From IMG/VR virus record IMGVR_UViG_3300046058_000046, positions 1 to 46,662 of that record: 46,662 nt of DNA. One strand, written 5' to 3'. Position numbers and translations under genes: made by a program. Below, piece by piece: positions 19,054 to 28,809 of this stretch. This stretch comes from a virus. Its lineage: Duplodnaviria; Caudoviricetes. Under the pieces are notes generated by a model. That model ran no database searches and had not been told where the DNA came from. It saw only the letters and a list, made by a program, of their open reading frames with translations. Each line of letters starts with the position of its first letter. Within the stretch, counting starts at the first letter, position 1.

Positions 19054-19746
19054 TTACCCAAGCCACCGCCCCGGCCGCGTCGTCGTGCGCTGCTTGCGCG
19101 GCGTCCGCTTCAGGGAGTCGAGCATACTGAGATACCGTTTTTTGAGTCCCTGGGCGACCTCGAACTCGCCGATGTCCTCGAAGTGCTGGATCAGAATGCC
19201 GTCAACAAGGGGCTTCTCAAGCTCCGGCGGCAGGTGGTCTGAGAGATCCCCTTTCGGCTCCTCGTCACTACTGAAGGAGCCGTCCGTCTCTCCGATCAGG
19301 CTCTCGGCGATGTAATAGAGCCGGATCGTGCCGCCGGTCGTGGGCGGTGCGTCGAGCCACAGGCTGCCGCCGTAGAAGCCGCCTCCGGTGACGTCGCCTT
19401 CCGTGCCGGCCGATAGGTGCTGCTCAGCCCGTGCCCGGGCCCGCTCGCCAGGAATGAGGTCCAGGCTCTTCCCATCCCCCTGGCCCGAGGGCGTCCAAAT
19501 GATCTCGAGGACGCGCCCGACACTCCTGGCGACCTCATGCTCGGCCGAGCCCTGCGAGACCGAAATCTCGGCCCGGGCCTTGATCCGGCTCGTCTCCTGG
19601 GCAATCTCGATCGCTGTATTCCGGGCGTAATCTTTCAGCACCGGGTCGTCGGTGTCGTCCAGGGCGATGGACGGATCGCTGTGTCGTCGAGCCAGCCGTC
19701 CGGCCCGGCGCTTGGCCCGGTCGATGGAGTCCTGAAGCGTCGGCAT
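19054..19746 (-). CDS. Probable head-tail adaptor protein
   Basis: Helix-beta-helix pattern (LWLDAPPTTGGTIRLYY...LPPELEKPLVDG) typical of adaptors; position after the capsid genes. Confidence 0.55.
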   Translation of the reverse strand: MPTLQDSIDRAKRRAGRLARRHSDPSIALDDTDDPVLKDYARNTAIEIAQETSRIKARAEISVSQGSAEHEVARSVGRVLEIIWTPSGQGDGKSLDLIPGERARARAEQHLSAGTEGDVTGGGFYGGSLWLDAPPTTGGTIRLYYIAESLIGETDGSFSSDEEPKGDLSDHLPPELEKPLVDGILIQHFEDIGEFEVAQGLKKRYLSMLDSLKRTPRKQRTTTRPGRWLG

Positions 19747-19819
19747 TGGCTGCACGAGGAATAGATCCAGGGACGTTTGCGCGCGAACGGGGCGACGCCG
19801 TCGCCACAGGCGTCGGCGC

Positions 19820-20359
19820 TTAGAGGTTCGGGAACGAGACCCCGAACTCCTCGGCCACGTCGCGGATTTCTGTCACGGAGAGATTTTCGTTCTCCGTGAG
19901 CAGCGCCTGGCGCGGCACGTTGTAGGGCTCGTCCATGAGCACCTCGGCCGCCTCGGTCTTCGAGGTGACCGTCTCGACTGGGCCGGTGGCCGACTCGGTC
20001 TGGGGCTCGGTGTTGACTTCCCCATCGGAGTCGCTGGTATCGGCCCCCTGGAGGTCGGTATTTTCGCCGGTGACCTCCGGAGTGCCGGAGACATCGACCT
20101 CCTTGAAGACACGGCCGCCGTTGGCCACGTTCATGTCGCTCTCGCGGAGGGCCTGTAGCTCGAGCTGACTCCGCGGGCGGTGGCCCTGGCCCGGCTCGAT
20201 CACAATCTGTGGGAACGTCTTCCGGTCGACGATCGCCCGTCCCTTGTGCATGACCTCCCGCTCCAGCGGCGGAAGCGTAAAAATCTCCTTCCGGTTGCGG
20301 GCACTGACAAAACGAATGGTGCTGAGGTCCTCCTCTTCGGTGGCAGTCTGAGTAGCCAT
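19820..20359 (-). CDS. Hypothetical acidic protein following the capsid gene
   Basis: Synteny; C-terminal helical module (TEIRDVAEEFGVSFPNL). Confidence 0.7.
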   Translation of the reverse strand: MATQTATEEEDLSTIRFVSARNRKEIFTLPPLEREVMHKGRAIVDRKTFPQIVIEPGQGHRPRSQLELQALRESDMNVANGGRVFKEVDVSGTPEVTGENTDLQGADTSDSDGEVNTEPQTESATGPVETVTSKTEAAEVLMDEPYNVPRQALLTENENLSVTEIRDVAEEFGVSFPNL

Positions 20360-20417
20360 AGCAGAAGAGCGTCAAAATGACTGGTATGCGATGCCCAGTG
20401 GCATGCCCAAAGGGCAA

Positions 20418-20428
20418 CCCCTTCACTA
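20418..20428 (-). promoter_or_regulatory. GTGAAGGGG late-gene upstream element
   Basis: 59 nt upstream of ATG 20359, followed by the hairpin TGCCC-TTT-GGGCA. Confidence 0.5.
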
Positions 20429-20439
20429 CAGGACGTTTA

Positions 20440-21780
20440 TTAGCTGCCCTCGATTTCGTAGTGAACGTCCGGGTTGGTGACTGCCAGCGCCGACTTCTCG
20501 ATGTACTGCTCGGCGTCGGCGTCCTCGCCGCCGGTGCCCTTGAGGTCGAGCTCTCGCTTCTCGATCGGCTGCATCTCGGCTTTCTCCACGGCCGCCAGGT
20601 CGACCACGAAGCCATAGTGGCTCCGGTCGAGCTCGTCAAAGCCGGGGTGATGGACAACCATCGTCCGGCCATGGCGCGTGCGCAGCTCGGTCGCCTGCAC
20701 GCCGGCCACTGTCCGCGTTGGGACGTGCTGCATGGCGTCCAGCATCACCTTGTCGATCTCGGCCGCCAGGTTTTTGTCGGCAAAGAGGACTCGGTTTTTG
20801 CGGCCTGTGTTGCCGGTGTAGACCTCGGTATGCCAGTCGATCAGTTCGCCCTCGCTAATCCCGCTCGAAATCGTGTAGTTGAGCGTCTGGCTCGTGTAAT
20901 GGGCCAGGCCGCCCATCGTGGTGCGGAGCTTCCCGTCGTCTGGATCGGTCGTAATCGAGGGCTTGCCGAAGAAGTAGTTGTACTCCATCGAGCGCCTCAG
21001 ATCGACCAGGTTGTCGGCCCGGCCGCGGCGCCAATCGTCCATCGAGTAGTTTTTCGTCCGCTGCCGGTGATCACTGGCCTTCACCACCGCGTCGAAGGTG
21101 TGGATGTAGTTCCAGTGCAGGACCGGCTGGGTCAGACGCGAGCGGCTCGGCTCGTCGCTCTCCGACTTCGTGTTGGCGATCCGCACGATCGGATCGCCGC
21201 TGGTGACGTCCGGCACCGTGCCAAAGTTTTGCGACGACCGTGTCTTGCTCGACTGCGTCGGCAGCGCATACACGGTGATTGTGTCGTTCGCAAAGTCAAC
21301 GTCGGTTACGAACAGGTTCGGTGCCGTGTCGTCATTGGCCAGATCGGCAATGTCGTGGGGCCGCCACATGTCGGCATTATCCACGTCGAGGGTGACCGCG
21401 GCACCGGCGCCGTGGGCCGAGCTATCGGCCGTAATTTGATCGTTGCGGGGCGGTGTCCGGTCGACGCGCTCCCACTCGATGATGATGTTTTCGGCCGGCT
21501 CGCGCCTCCGGGCCCGCCTGAGCATCTGATCGAGGGGCGTCTGGGCCGCCTCGTCCATGTATGTCAGGGCGTCGGAAACGTCCCGGACGAGATGGTCCTC
21601 GTTGGTCGTTGTCTCGCCCAGGTCCTCGATTGTATTGCCGAGGAGCACGGGAAGGCCAAGCGCGGCGGCCGGCTGCACGAAAAAAGCGACCACCAGGGCG
21701 GCAAGCGCCACAAACGCTATTGTGGGTCGCCAGCGGTCACGAGAGTGCTGCGAGGTCAAAAGGGTTTTAAGGGGCTGCAT
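20440..21780 (-). CDS. Major capsid protein (HK97 fold, DUF5309/SU10-like) with hydrophobic N-terminal extension
   Basis: IIIEWERVD, NYIHTF, DLRRSMEYNYFFG and RTTMGGL motifs; located after the scaffold gene. Confidence 0.85.
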   Translation of the reverse strand: MQPLKTLLTSQHSRDRWRPTIAFVALAALVVAFFVQPAAALGLPVLLGNTIEDLGETTTNEDHLVRDVSDALTYMDEAAQTPLDQMLRRARRREPAENIIIEWERVDRTPPRNDQITADSSAHGAGAAVTLDVDNADMWRPHDIADLANDDTAPNLFVTDVDFANDTITVYALPTQSSKTRSSQNFGTVPDVTSGDPIVRIANTKSESDEPSRSRLTQPVLHWNYIHTFDAVVKASDHRQRTKNYSMDDWRRGRADNLVDLRRSMEYNYFFGKPSITTDPDDGKLRTTMGGLAHYTSQTLNYTISSGISEGELIDWHTEVYTGNTGRKNRVLFADKNLAAEIDKVMLDAMQHVPTRTVAGVQATELRTRHGRTMVVHHPGFDELDRSHYGFVVDLAAVEKAEMQPIEKRELDLKGTGGEDADAEQYIEKSALAVTNPDVHYEIEGS

Positions 21781-21839
21781 GGGTCGTCGCTCAGTGATGA
21801 ACGTGCGATGGACCCTTCACTGCTGGGCCACGAGTGGCC

Positions 21840-21858
21840 TGCCCCTTCACTGGCAAGT
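21840..21858 (-). promoter_or_regulatory. GTGAAGGGG late-gene upstream element
   Basis: ACTTGCCAGTGAAGGGGCA, 18/19 identical to 25324-25342; ~60 nt upstream of the capsid ATG. Confidence 0.6.
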
Positions 21859-21901
21859 GCAACTAGCAAGTGCGCGTCGGTCGTAAGTAGGAGCCGGTTG
21901 G

Positions 21902-23101
21902 CTACTCTGTAAGCTCGGCCAACGGATCGCTGCGCCGCTGGAGGCTTTGTGCCAGGTCGGCCGGGGACTCCTCCTCGCCCTCAGAGTCGGGCGTGGTGTC
22001 CTCGCTCGTGTCCGAGGAGCGGAGCTTGGCGACGCCGTCTCCCTCCTTCTTCTCCCGGCGCTCGCGAATGGCTTCATTGCGCCCCTCCTTCTTGGCCTGC
22101 TTGCGCTTTTCCTCCAGGATGGAATCGAAATTGAGGCCGCGATAAATGACTTTGGCGAACTCCTCGGACGGGTTGTTGATAAAGTCGGCAATCTGGCGCT
22201 GGACCTGCTTCGTCTCACTGTCCGAGAGCTCCTCCTCCTCAGCCAGCGTCTTGATCGAGCTCTGGGCGGTCTTGGCCAGTTCTTCCATGTCCTCCTCGAC
22301 CTGCCGGAGCTGCTGCCGCCGCTGCTCGCGCTGGGCCCGCCGTTTCTCTCGCTCGCGCAAGGCTTCTCTGTAGGCCTCCTCGTCTTCCTCCGGATCAGGG
22401 AGATCGACCTCGAAGTGGTCGCGGGCGATCGTGTCCAGATCGGCCGTGCCGTTCTGGGAGACCTCGGTCAACACGTCCCCCAAGAAGCTCTGCATCTCGG
22501 GATGTGACTCAATCACAGACACGATGGCATCGTTACCCTGACGCTCGCGCTCGAGCTCCTCCTGGACGTCCTCCAGACTATCGACGTGAAGGTCGTCGTA
22601 CGTCTCGTTGAGCGTGCCGACGAACTCCTCCACGCGATCGGGCGCTTCCGCCTCGGTCCCCTCCTCGGTGTCTTCAGCCTCTTCCGATTCCACGGCGTCC
22701 GCGTCGGCTTCTACCTCCTCTTCGTCGACGTCCTCTTCCTCGTCGACGTCTTCAGGCTTGGCAGTGTCCTCGGCCTCAGCTGTCGGTTCCTTAGCTGCCG
22801 ATTCCTCAGCTGCCGATTCCTCAGCTACCGCTTCGGAGTCGGCCTCCTCCTGGAGGCTCTCCGGTGCCTCGCTGGTGACGTCAGTTTCCATCTCGTTCTC
22901 CAGCGACTGGAGGGCCTGCTCGAAGGTCGTTCCCTCGCCGCTGTCGGTCAGGTCGGCCAGGTTGTCGGTCGCTCCGTCGACGAGTTCGGCGTTGTCGACG
23001 TTGGTAGCGGGACCGTCGGGGCGGTCGCCGTCGCCGGAGGTGTCGCGCGAAGAGGTCGGGGCCGCGTCGTCGTCCGCGGCGTCGGGGTCAATGAGGGCCA
23101 T
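21902..23101 (-). CDS. Probable capsid scaffolding protein
   Basis: Highly acidic disordered N-terminal half plus coiled coil, between portal and capsid genes. Confidence 0.75.
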   Translation of the reverse strand: MALIDPDAADDDAAPTSSRDTSGDGDRPDGPATNVDNAELVDGATDNLADLTDSGEGTTFEQALQSLENEMETDVTSEAPESLQEEADSEAVAEESAAEESAAKEPTAEAEDTAKPEDVDEEEDVDEEEVEADADAVESEEAEDTEEGTEAEAPDRVEEFVGTLNETYDDLHVDSLEDVQEELERERQGNDAIVSVIESHPEMQSFLGDVLTEVSQNGTADLDTIARDHFEVDLPDPEEDEEAYREALREREKRRAQREQRRQQLRQVEEDMEELAKTAQSSIKTLAEEEELSDSETKQVQRQIADFINNPSEEFAKVIYRGLNFDSILEEKRKQAKKEGRNEAIRERREKKEGDGVAKLRSSDTSEDTTPDSEGEEESPADLAQSLQRRSDPLAELTE

Positions 23102-23164
23102 GAAACTGTAAGAGCGATGAACGAGAGCAAATCAGTGTTTGCACGCGAACGATCGTGCAGGCAA

Positions 23165-25267
23165 TTAGGCCTGAGCGGGCCCACCTGTAGGAGCCCCTCC
23201 GGCGGGGCCGCCTCGCGGCACAGCAGAGGGCGTGCCTCCCCCCGCCCCCATCGGGTTCTGCGTGGGCGCGCCTTCCTGGGCGGCCGGGGTCTGCTGTGCC
23301 TGCATGAGAAGCGTCCGGGCCTCCACATCTCCCGCTTCGGCCGCATTCATGAGGGCCTCGGACAGCTCCGGATCGGCCGTGTCCATTGCGGTCGGCGCGC
23401 CGATCAGAGGGTTCGAGCGCTTGACGATCTTCTGCAGTTGCTGCGCCTTCGGGTGAGCGGAGACCTGAAGAAACTGCGGGAACGTGAGGTAGCCGCCCTC
23501 CAGGAACTCGCGGAGCGTCTTTTCGAACTGCAGGCGAAAGGTAGCGGTGTCCTGCGTGTCGGCCACGGCCACGTCGTAGTCGAGCTCGCGGACGCGCTCG
23601 GGATCGTACTGCACCAGGGGCGCCCGGTCGCCGGTGGCCAGCGTCCGCGGCTCGTCGTAATACTGCATGATGCACTGTATCGCCTTTTTGTCCAGGCGAT
23701 ACAGCGTCTTAAAGAAGGTGTCGAAAAAGGTGAGGGTCGTCATCGACGCCTGGACCTGCTGCTGGGCGTACAGGCTGGCGGGCGTGCCGCTGGGCGGCTC
23801 GTGTCCCTGCTGGGCCCCCAGAACGCCACTGAGCTCCTTGACCCACTGCTTCTGGGAGGCAAGCCACTCAAACAATCCCGCGGGGATGCTGGCGGCCGTG
23901 ACCTGCTCCATGGCGCCGGAGACGTTCTGATTGCCCTTGGGCTTTAGCGCAATCACGCCGTTGAAGCTCGTCCACTTCTCGGCCACCTCGTCGAGGCTGA
24001 TCTCCGATTCCTCGATCACGTTTTCGTCAACGAGGAGGACGCCCTTTGCGCTGGCGGACAGCATGAAGTCGATCGCTGAAGTGATCCGGTTGATGAGGCG
24101 CTGGGGATCTTGGATGTCCTCAACTAGGCCCCACATCTCCCCGTCCATAAACTGCGCGAATCCGACTACGTAGGGGTGTTCCTGATGCCAGTACGGCGTC
24201 TCGCCCTGGTCCAAGACGTGTCCCTCGGGGCTGAGAAAGGCGTAGTGCCAGACCGGCTCCTTGGTCGTTTCCACCTCCAGCTGCGGAAAGCCCATCTGAG
24301 CACGAAACTCGTTTTCCAAGAGGATCTCCTCCTGGCTCCAGGTAATCCTGGCCTCGTCCCCAGTAAAGGGGTCGTGGACAACCTTAACCCACTCCCACTC
24401 TTTGTACCAGACCTCGATGGCCCGGCATTTCTCAGGGTCGTTCGGGTAGTAGAAGTCCAGGTTGTCAGCCGCGTCGAAGCCGCTCGGGCTGTGCCGGTCT
24501 TCCATCGGGTTCGACCGGTCGGCGTAGACCTGCCGGAGCTGCTCTTCGTGCGCGGGGCTGTCGGCCAGCTGCTCCACGAGCTCGTCGATCGTAATCTCGT
24601 GGATTTCCCCGATCCGCCTGAGATTCGTGAGGCGCCGGTCCTCGACGTCGCGGTTGTAGAAGAGGCGATTTGTGGCCACCCGATCCATCTGCACCTCGTT
24701 CCGGTCCAGGCTCGGCTCCCAGCCGGCCGTCACCTTCCAGCAATGCATGCCGCTCACGAGGTGCTCCTCGAACTGGTCGGCCTCCAGGCTGTCCGCCTCA
24801 TTGATGCGCCGAGCCGCCTTTAGGGCCACGGTCATCTGCTCAGCCGCCTCGTTGTCCTTGCGGTTGACGGCGTAGGCCATCCGCTCCGACTCGTTCTGGA
24901 GCATCTGGCCCTTCAGGTTGCGGATCGTCGGGGCAATGTGGTTCATCTTCACCGGCACGCGGCCCTGGCGCTCGATCAGCTCGCGCTCGGTGACCATGTT
25001 GCCGTCCCCATCGTCCACCTTGCGCTGCCACTGGTAGCCGCGGTAATCGTCACGGGCCTCCTTGCGACGCGTGCGATAGTCGCTGAGCTCCATCCAGTCC
25101 TGCTCGCACTCCCGAAGCAGGTCCATGGCCCACTGTGGGGGCTGCTCCAGCGGGTCGGGCGTGTCGGTGACCGCCTGCTCGGCCGGGGACGTGGGGCGAT
25201 TGGGTCCGCGAACGGGGTCGTGCGTTCCGAAGCGGTGTCGATCGACCTCCTCGGCAGGCATCAGCAT
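23165..25267 (-). CDS. Portal protein (P22-like)
   Basis: YRGYQW, GRVPVKMNHIAP, GLVEDIQDPQRLINR and ELSGV motifs; synteny. Confidence 0.9.
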   Translation of the reverse strand: MLMPAEEVDRHRFGTHDPVRGPNRPTSPAEQAVTDTPDPLEQPPQWAMDLLRECEQDWMELSDYRTRRKEARDDYRGYQWQRKVDDGDGNMVTERELIERQGRVPVKMNHIAPTIRNLKGQMLQNESERMAYAVNRKDNEAAEQMTVALKAARRINEADSLEADQFEEHLVSGMHCWKVTAGWEPSLDRNEVQMDRVATNRLFYNRDVEDRRLTNLRRIGEIHEITIDELVEQLADSPAHEEQLRQVYADRSNPMEDRHSPSGFDAADNLDFYYPNDPEKCRAIEVWYKEWEWVKVVHDPFTGDEARITWSQEEILLENEFRAQMGFPQLEVETTKEPVWHYAFLSPEGHVLDQGETPYWHQEHPYVVGFAQFMDGEMWGLVEDIQDPQRLINRITSAIDFMLSASAKGVLLVDENVIEESEISLDEVAEKWTSFNGVIALKPKGNQNVSGAMEQVTAASIPAGLFEWLASQKQWVKELSGVLGAQQGHEPPSGTPASLYAQQQVQASMTTLTFFDTFFKTLYRLDKKAIQCIMQYYDEPRTLATGDRAPLVQYDPERVRELDYDVAVADTQDTATFRLQFEKTLREFLEGGYLTFPQFLQVSAHPKAQQLQKIVKRSNPLIGAPTAMDTADPELSEALMNAAEAGDVEARTLLMQAQQTPAAQEGAPTQNPMGAGGGTPSAVPRGGPAGGAPTGGPAQA

Positions 25268-25323
25268 AGGGGCACGGGAGCAGACGCTCCAGAATGGCGA
25301 AAATAACCCAGCTCTCGCCGGGG

Positions 25324-25342
25324 TGCCCCTTCACAGGCAAGT
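25324..25342 (-). promoter_or_regulatory. GTGAAGGGG late-gene upstream element
   Basis: ACTTGCCTGTGAAGGGGCA ~57 nt upstream of the portal ATG, followed by a GAGA-tetraloop hairpin. Confidence 0.6.
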
Positions 25343-25345
25343 CGC

Positions 25346-25393
25346 AAAGAAAAAAAGCCGGTGCGCGTCTCATCTGCGCTTCACGGGGCCGGC
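25346..25393 (-). terminator. Intrinsic terminator upstream of portal
   Basis: GCCGG...GCGC...GCGC.CCGGC stem followed by TTTTTTTCTTT on the minus strand. Confidence 0.65.
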
Positions 25394-25395
25394 CT

Positions 25396-25620
25396 GCTCC
25401 CGGGTGGTCTTACGGCCATGCGGGGTGCGCCTCACCGCCCGCCACCGTCTCAGTCTGGGCTGCCGACACCGGGCCCTGAAACGTCCATCCAGGGCCAGTG
25501 CCCAGCGACCGCACCATCCTGGCGACAGCCGCTCTCTGCGAATAGTCTTCTAGTCTCCACAAGTGCGGAGACACTCCGATCGTCGCCTGGTGGTGCTGGG
25601 GAGTCTGTGGTCTATCTCCG
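25396..25620 (-). ncRNA. Candidate structured non-coding RNA
   Basis: No credible ORF; several nested stems and a GTAA tetraloop; ends at the terminator. Confidence 0.4.
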
Positions 25621-25707
25621 CGGGTGCGGAAGCACTACTGTAAAAGGTTCCCGTAGGGCGCCCTCAATTGCAAGGCACTGACGCACCGTCTCCGTCGCGT
25701 TTGTCAC

Positions 25708-26010
25708 TCAAGGGCTCCAGATGTAGACCCGTCGCATCCGATAGGTGTGCTCGGCAGTCTTCTCCTCAGGCACGTCGACGCGCAATACGTGCTCGGCAAA
25801 GTGCTCCAGGCGGCCAAAGACCTGATGCACTAGCTCGGTGCGCGTCCCGGTGAGCGGCTTGAAGATCTGCACGACGGCGTCGGTCCCGTATTCATTGTCG
25901 ATTGCACAACGGACCGCATACTTCGGCACGTCCAGCAGGTCGCAGATCCACTGCTGCACGGCCTTTTCGGTTCTCGTCTCGTTCCAGCCGTCGGGCCAGT
26001 CGTAGGCCAT
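25708..26010 (-). CDS. Hypothetical protein
   Basis: ATG ORF with normal codon usage. Confidence 0.7.
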   Translation of the reverse strand: MAYDWPDGWNETRTEKAVQQWICDLLDVPKYAVRCAIDNEYGTDAVVQIFKPLTGTRTELVHQVFGRLEHFAEHVLRVDVPEEKTAEHTYRMRRVYIWSP

Positions 26011-26082
26011 GTTTGCGCGCGAACGTCTGTGTTTATTAGATTACTCGACGAACCAACCTCTTAGAACCAAATCCTCGATTCC

Positions 26083-26277
26083 ATGGCTGAATATCGCGTC
26101 TTCCTTGCCGATTTTAATCTTACTTTTGAGGCCGAATCCGTAAAGCAAAGTGGCTCCATGATTTACTTCTTTCCAGATGAAGCCTCTACTTCTTCTCAAA
26201 CACCAGTAAACGACGCCGTCGCCGTATTCCGAAAAGAAGAAATCGAGGGATTCGTTAACACAGAAGCCTTTAACTAG
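26083..26277 (+). CDS. Small low-GC moron protein
   Basis: AT-rich, opposite strand to the operon, stop overlaps the terL stop. Confidence 0.65.
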   Translation: MAEYRVFLADFNLTFEAESVKQSGSMIYFFPDEASTSSQTPVNDAVAVFRKEEIEGFVNTEAFN

Positions 26278-28415
26278 GAAAATCGTGCCATCCCCGGCGT
26301 CGGCGTCTTTGTGGTCCGGTCCCGCTCGATGAGCTTCGGCGGGTCCATGTGCTGCAGGGCCAGCCACACGGCCCCGGCCCGCGAGATGACAAGGTCGTCG
26401 TGCTGGCCCTCCTTCGCCCCCAGTCGGCCGTCGTCCTTCACCTCGTAGTAGTCCATCTCGTCGCAGGCCAGATCAGAACGCTCCACGTACGCCTCGTCTC
26501 GTAGCGTCGCGTTGAGGGCATCCATGATCATCGACTTCGACTCCGGGCTCGTGTGAAAACCAAATTTTCTGTATGTCTCGTCGTTCTTCTTATCTCGCTC
26601 GACGGTGTGAAATAGATTCCGCTCGTACACCTCACGGATCTCGTCGAGGACGGTCAGGCTGTGTTCGGTGTCCGGCTCGATCGAGTCGTCGTTTCGCTTT
26701 CGGTTAAGGCTGTTCTTCTCGATCGCCAAAAGCGCCCCCTCGTACCAGGCGCACAGCTGCACGGCGTACCACGCCGCCAAGTCCTGGTCCATGTGGCCTC
26801 GGTACTGGGCTCCCACCTCCGGCTCCGCCCCCCAGAGCATTGGCGCGCGGTCGATGACGCTCACCACGTGGTAGTCGCCTCCCTCCCAGCGGGCGCCAAT
26901 GTCCATGAACGCGCAGTAGCGTCCTCGCACCCGGTAGCGCACCAGATCCAAGAGGCCGCCATAGTCGTCCCCCGGCTGGCGCCAGACTTTGATGTCGCCC
27001 TGGTCGTGCGGCTCGAAGGACAGATCCTCCAGCGCATTTTCGCCTTTTCGCCCCAGCGCCTGCATCCGGCCGCGCTCCGGCGCCGGCTTGCAGGTCCTGC
27101 GGGCGTTCTCCACATAGTTCGGCGAAAAGACGCGGCGGCCGGTGCTCTGGAACGCTTCGTCGGCGGTCGTCGGGTACTCGGCCTTCATGCGCCACTCGGC
27201 CGAATGGCTGGGCATGTTGCCCTTGCGGTACCGGTACCACCGAATGCCCTCGATCGTAGCTCCCTGGTCCCAGAGCCACCATTCGTACTCGGCCCAGGAG
27301 CGGACGAACTGGTTGACGTCCTTGACGGCCATCGTGTAGTCCTCGATCTCGTGCCAGCCGACGAAGAAGTTCGAGTAGGGGGAGTCACCCCGCTCAGCGC
27401 TCAGGTACTCGCGGTGAAAGTAGTTGCCCACGCCCTTCGCCGTCGACTCGCGAACGCAGAGCGTGTACGACCCATCCACCAGGCCACCCTCCAGGCTCTG
27501 CGCCAGGTTTTCCGCGTTTTGATGCGTCGTCGACTTCCAGAAGCCGACCTCCGAGAGATGAAGCATGTGGTACGTGTAAGCCCGCACGGCATCCGGGTTG
27601 CGCGTCGACGCCACACCGAGGTTTGCCTCCCGCTCGGGGACGCGCTTCACCGTCGTCATGCCCTGGTACGGCTTGAAGGTGATCGACCCGAAGGCGTTCG
27701 GGTAAAAGCGCCGCAGCGTGTCGTACATGCCGCGGATATGGAGCGCCTGGCCTTGGACGTCGGCCACAATCGCAATATTCCACCCTTCCCGGCGCAGCTG
27801 CTGCACCCAGGCCATAAAGAGCTGGACGAGGGTCGAGCCGCCCCACTGGCGCGCCTTCACGAGATTCCACCGCACAGGCTGGCCACTGAAGAAGTCCTCC
27901 AGGAGGGCCGCCAGGAAGCGGCGCTGCGGCGGCCGCAGGACGAAAGCCTGAAAAACCTCCTGCTCCTCGTCCTCATAGTCGACCGCAGCGCCCCAGTCGC
28001 CGTCGCTGGTGTCAAGCTCGACGTTCTCCTCATCGCCCCGCTTGACCTGGATCGTGCAGGCCGCCTCGAACCAGAACTCTGGATCGTAGAACGCACGGGC
28101 CCGGAGGAAATGCTGATAGAGGGCCGCGTGCTCAGCGTCCGAGAGGCCGTATTCCTCCTTGCACTGCTCGAAGGTGCCGGCCGCCCGGATCTTCTCCGCG
28201 AGCTCGCTCTCGTGGAACGGCTCGGGCAGGTACACTGGCGGCTCGTCGTCGGCCATCTGCAGGGGCTCCCGGCTCCCGTAGCAGCCAATGCCCCGGGCCG
28301 GGTCGTACTCGGCCGTCCACCGCGTCCACCGCTTCTCGTTCTCCACCGCCATCGCCTCAATCCGATCGGCAGACACCTCTTCGTCCGGGGCAGTATCAGC
28401 GACAGGAGCGTCCAT
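26274..28415 (-). CDS. terL: Terminase large subunit
   Basis: Walker A VKARQWGGST, Walker B LHLSEVGFW, ESTAKG coupling motif, and nuclease motifs AFMDIG...HDDLV. ATG at 28415 preferred as start. Confidence 0.95.
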   Translation of the reverse strand: MDAPVADTAPDEEVSADRIEAMAVENEKRWTRWTAEYDPARGIGCYGSREPLQMADDEPPVYLPEPFHESELAEKIRAAGTFEQCKEEYGLSDAEHAALYQHFLRARAFYDPEFWFEAACTIQVKRGDEENVELDTSDGDWGAAVDYEDEEQEVFQAFVLRPPQRRFLAALLEDFFSGQPVRWNLVKARQWGGSTLVQLFMAWVQQLRREGWNIAIVADVQGQALHIRGMYDTLRRFYPNAFGSITFKPYQGMTTVKRVPEREANLGVASTRNPDAVRAYTYHMLHLSEVGFWKSTTHQNAENLAQSLEGGLVDGSYTLCVRESTAKGVGNYFHREYLSAERGDSPYSNFFVGWHEIEDYTMAVKDVNQFVRSWAEYEWWLWDQGATIEGIRWYRYRKGNMPSHSAEWRMKAEYPTTADEAFQSTGRRVFSPNYVENARRTCKPAPERGRMQALGRKGENALEDLSFEPHDQGDIKVWRQPGDDYGGLLDLVRYRVRGRYCAFMDIGARWEGGDYHVVSVIDRAPMLWGAEPEVGAQYRGHMDQDLAAWYAVQLCAWYEGALLAIEKNSLNRKRNDDSIEPDTEHSLTVLDEIREVYERNLFHTVERDKKNDETYRKFGFHTSPESKSMIMDALNATLRDEAYVERSDLACDEMDYYEVKDDGRLGAKEGQHDDLVISRAGAVWLALQHMDPPKLIERDRTTKTPTPGMARFS

Positions 28416-28452
28416 AAAAGAAGTGTTCGCGTGCGAACGTGCCCGCCCCCCC

Positions 28453-28809
28453 TCACGCGAGCAGGTACCAGGCCGCCAGGATGACGAGCGCCAATACGGC
28501 GCCGGCGAGCCGCCAGACCCAGGGCCGGGCCACGAGCGGAATTTCCCGCCGAAACCCATTCACGACGTCCCACTCCTCCCCGGTCACCGGAAAGCGGAGG
28601 GCATACACGGGCTTTTTCTCGCCTCCGATTGAAAGCCAGATTGGACGGGTGTGGCCGTCCGCTCGAACACCGTTGACGTGGTCGCAGACAAATTGCGCCA
28701 CGGCCAGGGGATCATCCAGGTCGCCTATCTGCCAGTAGTCGCCCGCACGCTTGACGTAGTCAATCTGCATGGTCGGTCGATCGGTCGACGTTGTCTGAAG
28801 AAAAATCAC
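28453..28809 (-). CDS. Hypothetical protein with C-terminal TM helix
   Basis: C-terminal WRLAGAVLALVILAAWYLLA; ATGA overlap with the upstream gene. Confidence 0.6.
   Translation of the reverse strand: MIFLQTTSTDRPTMQIDYVKRAGDYWQIGDLDDPLAVAQFVCDHVNGVRADGHTRPIWLSIGGEKKPVYALRFPVTGEEWDVVNGFRREIPLVARPWVWRLAGAVLALVILAAWYLLA

Noticed and set aside
22720-22830. Short tandem repeats in the scaffold gene
   Set aside because: Simple coding duplications (EDVDEE, AEESA) in a disordered acidic region.
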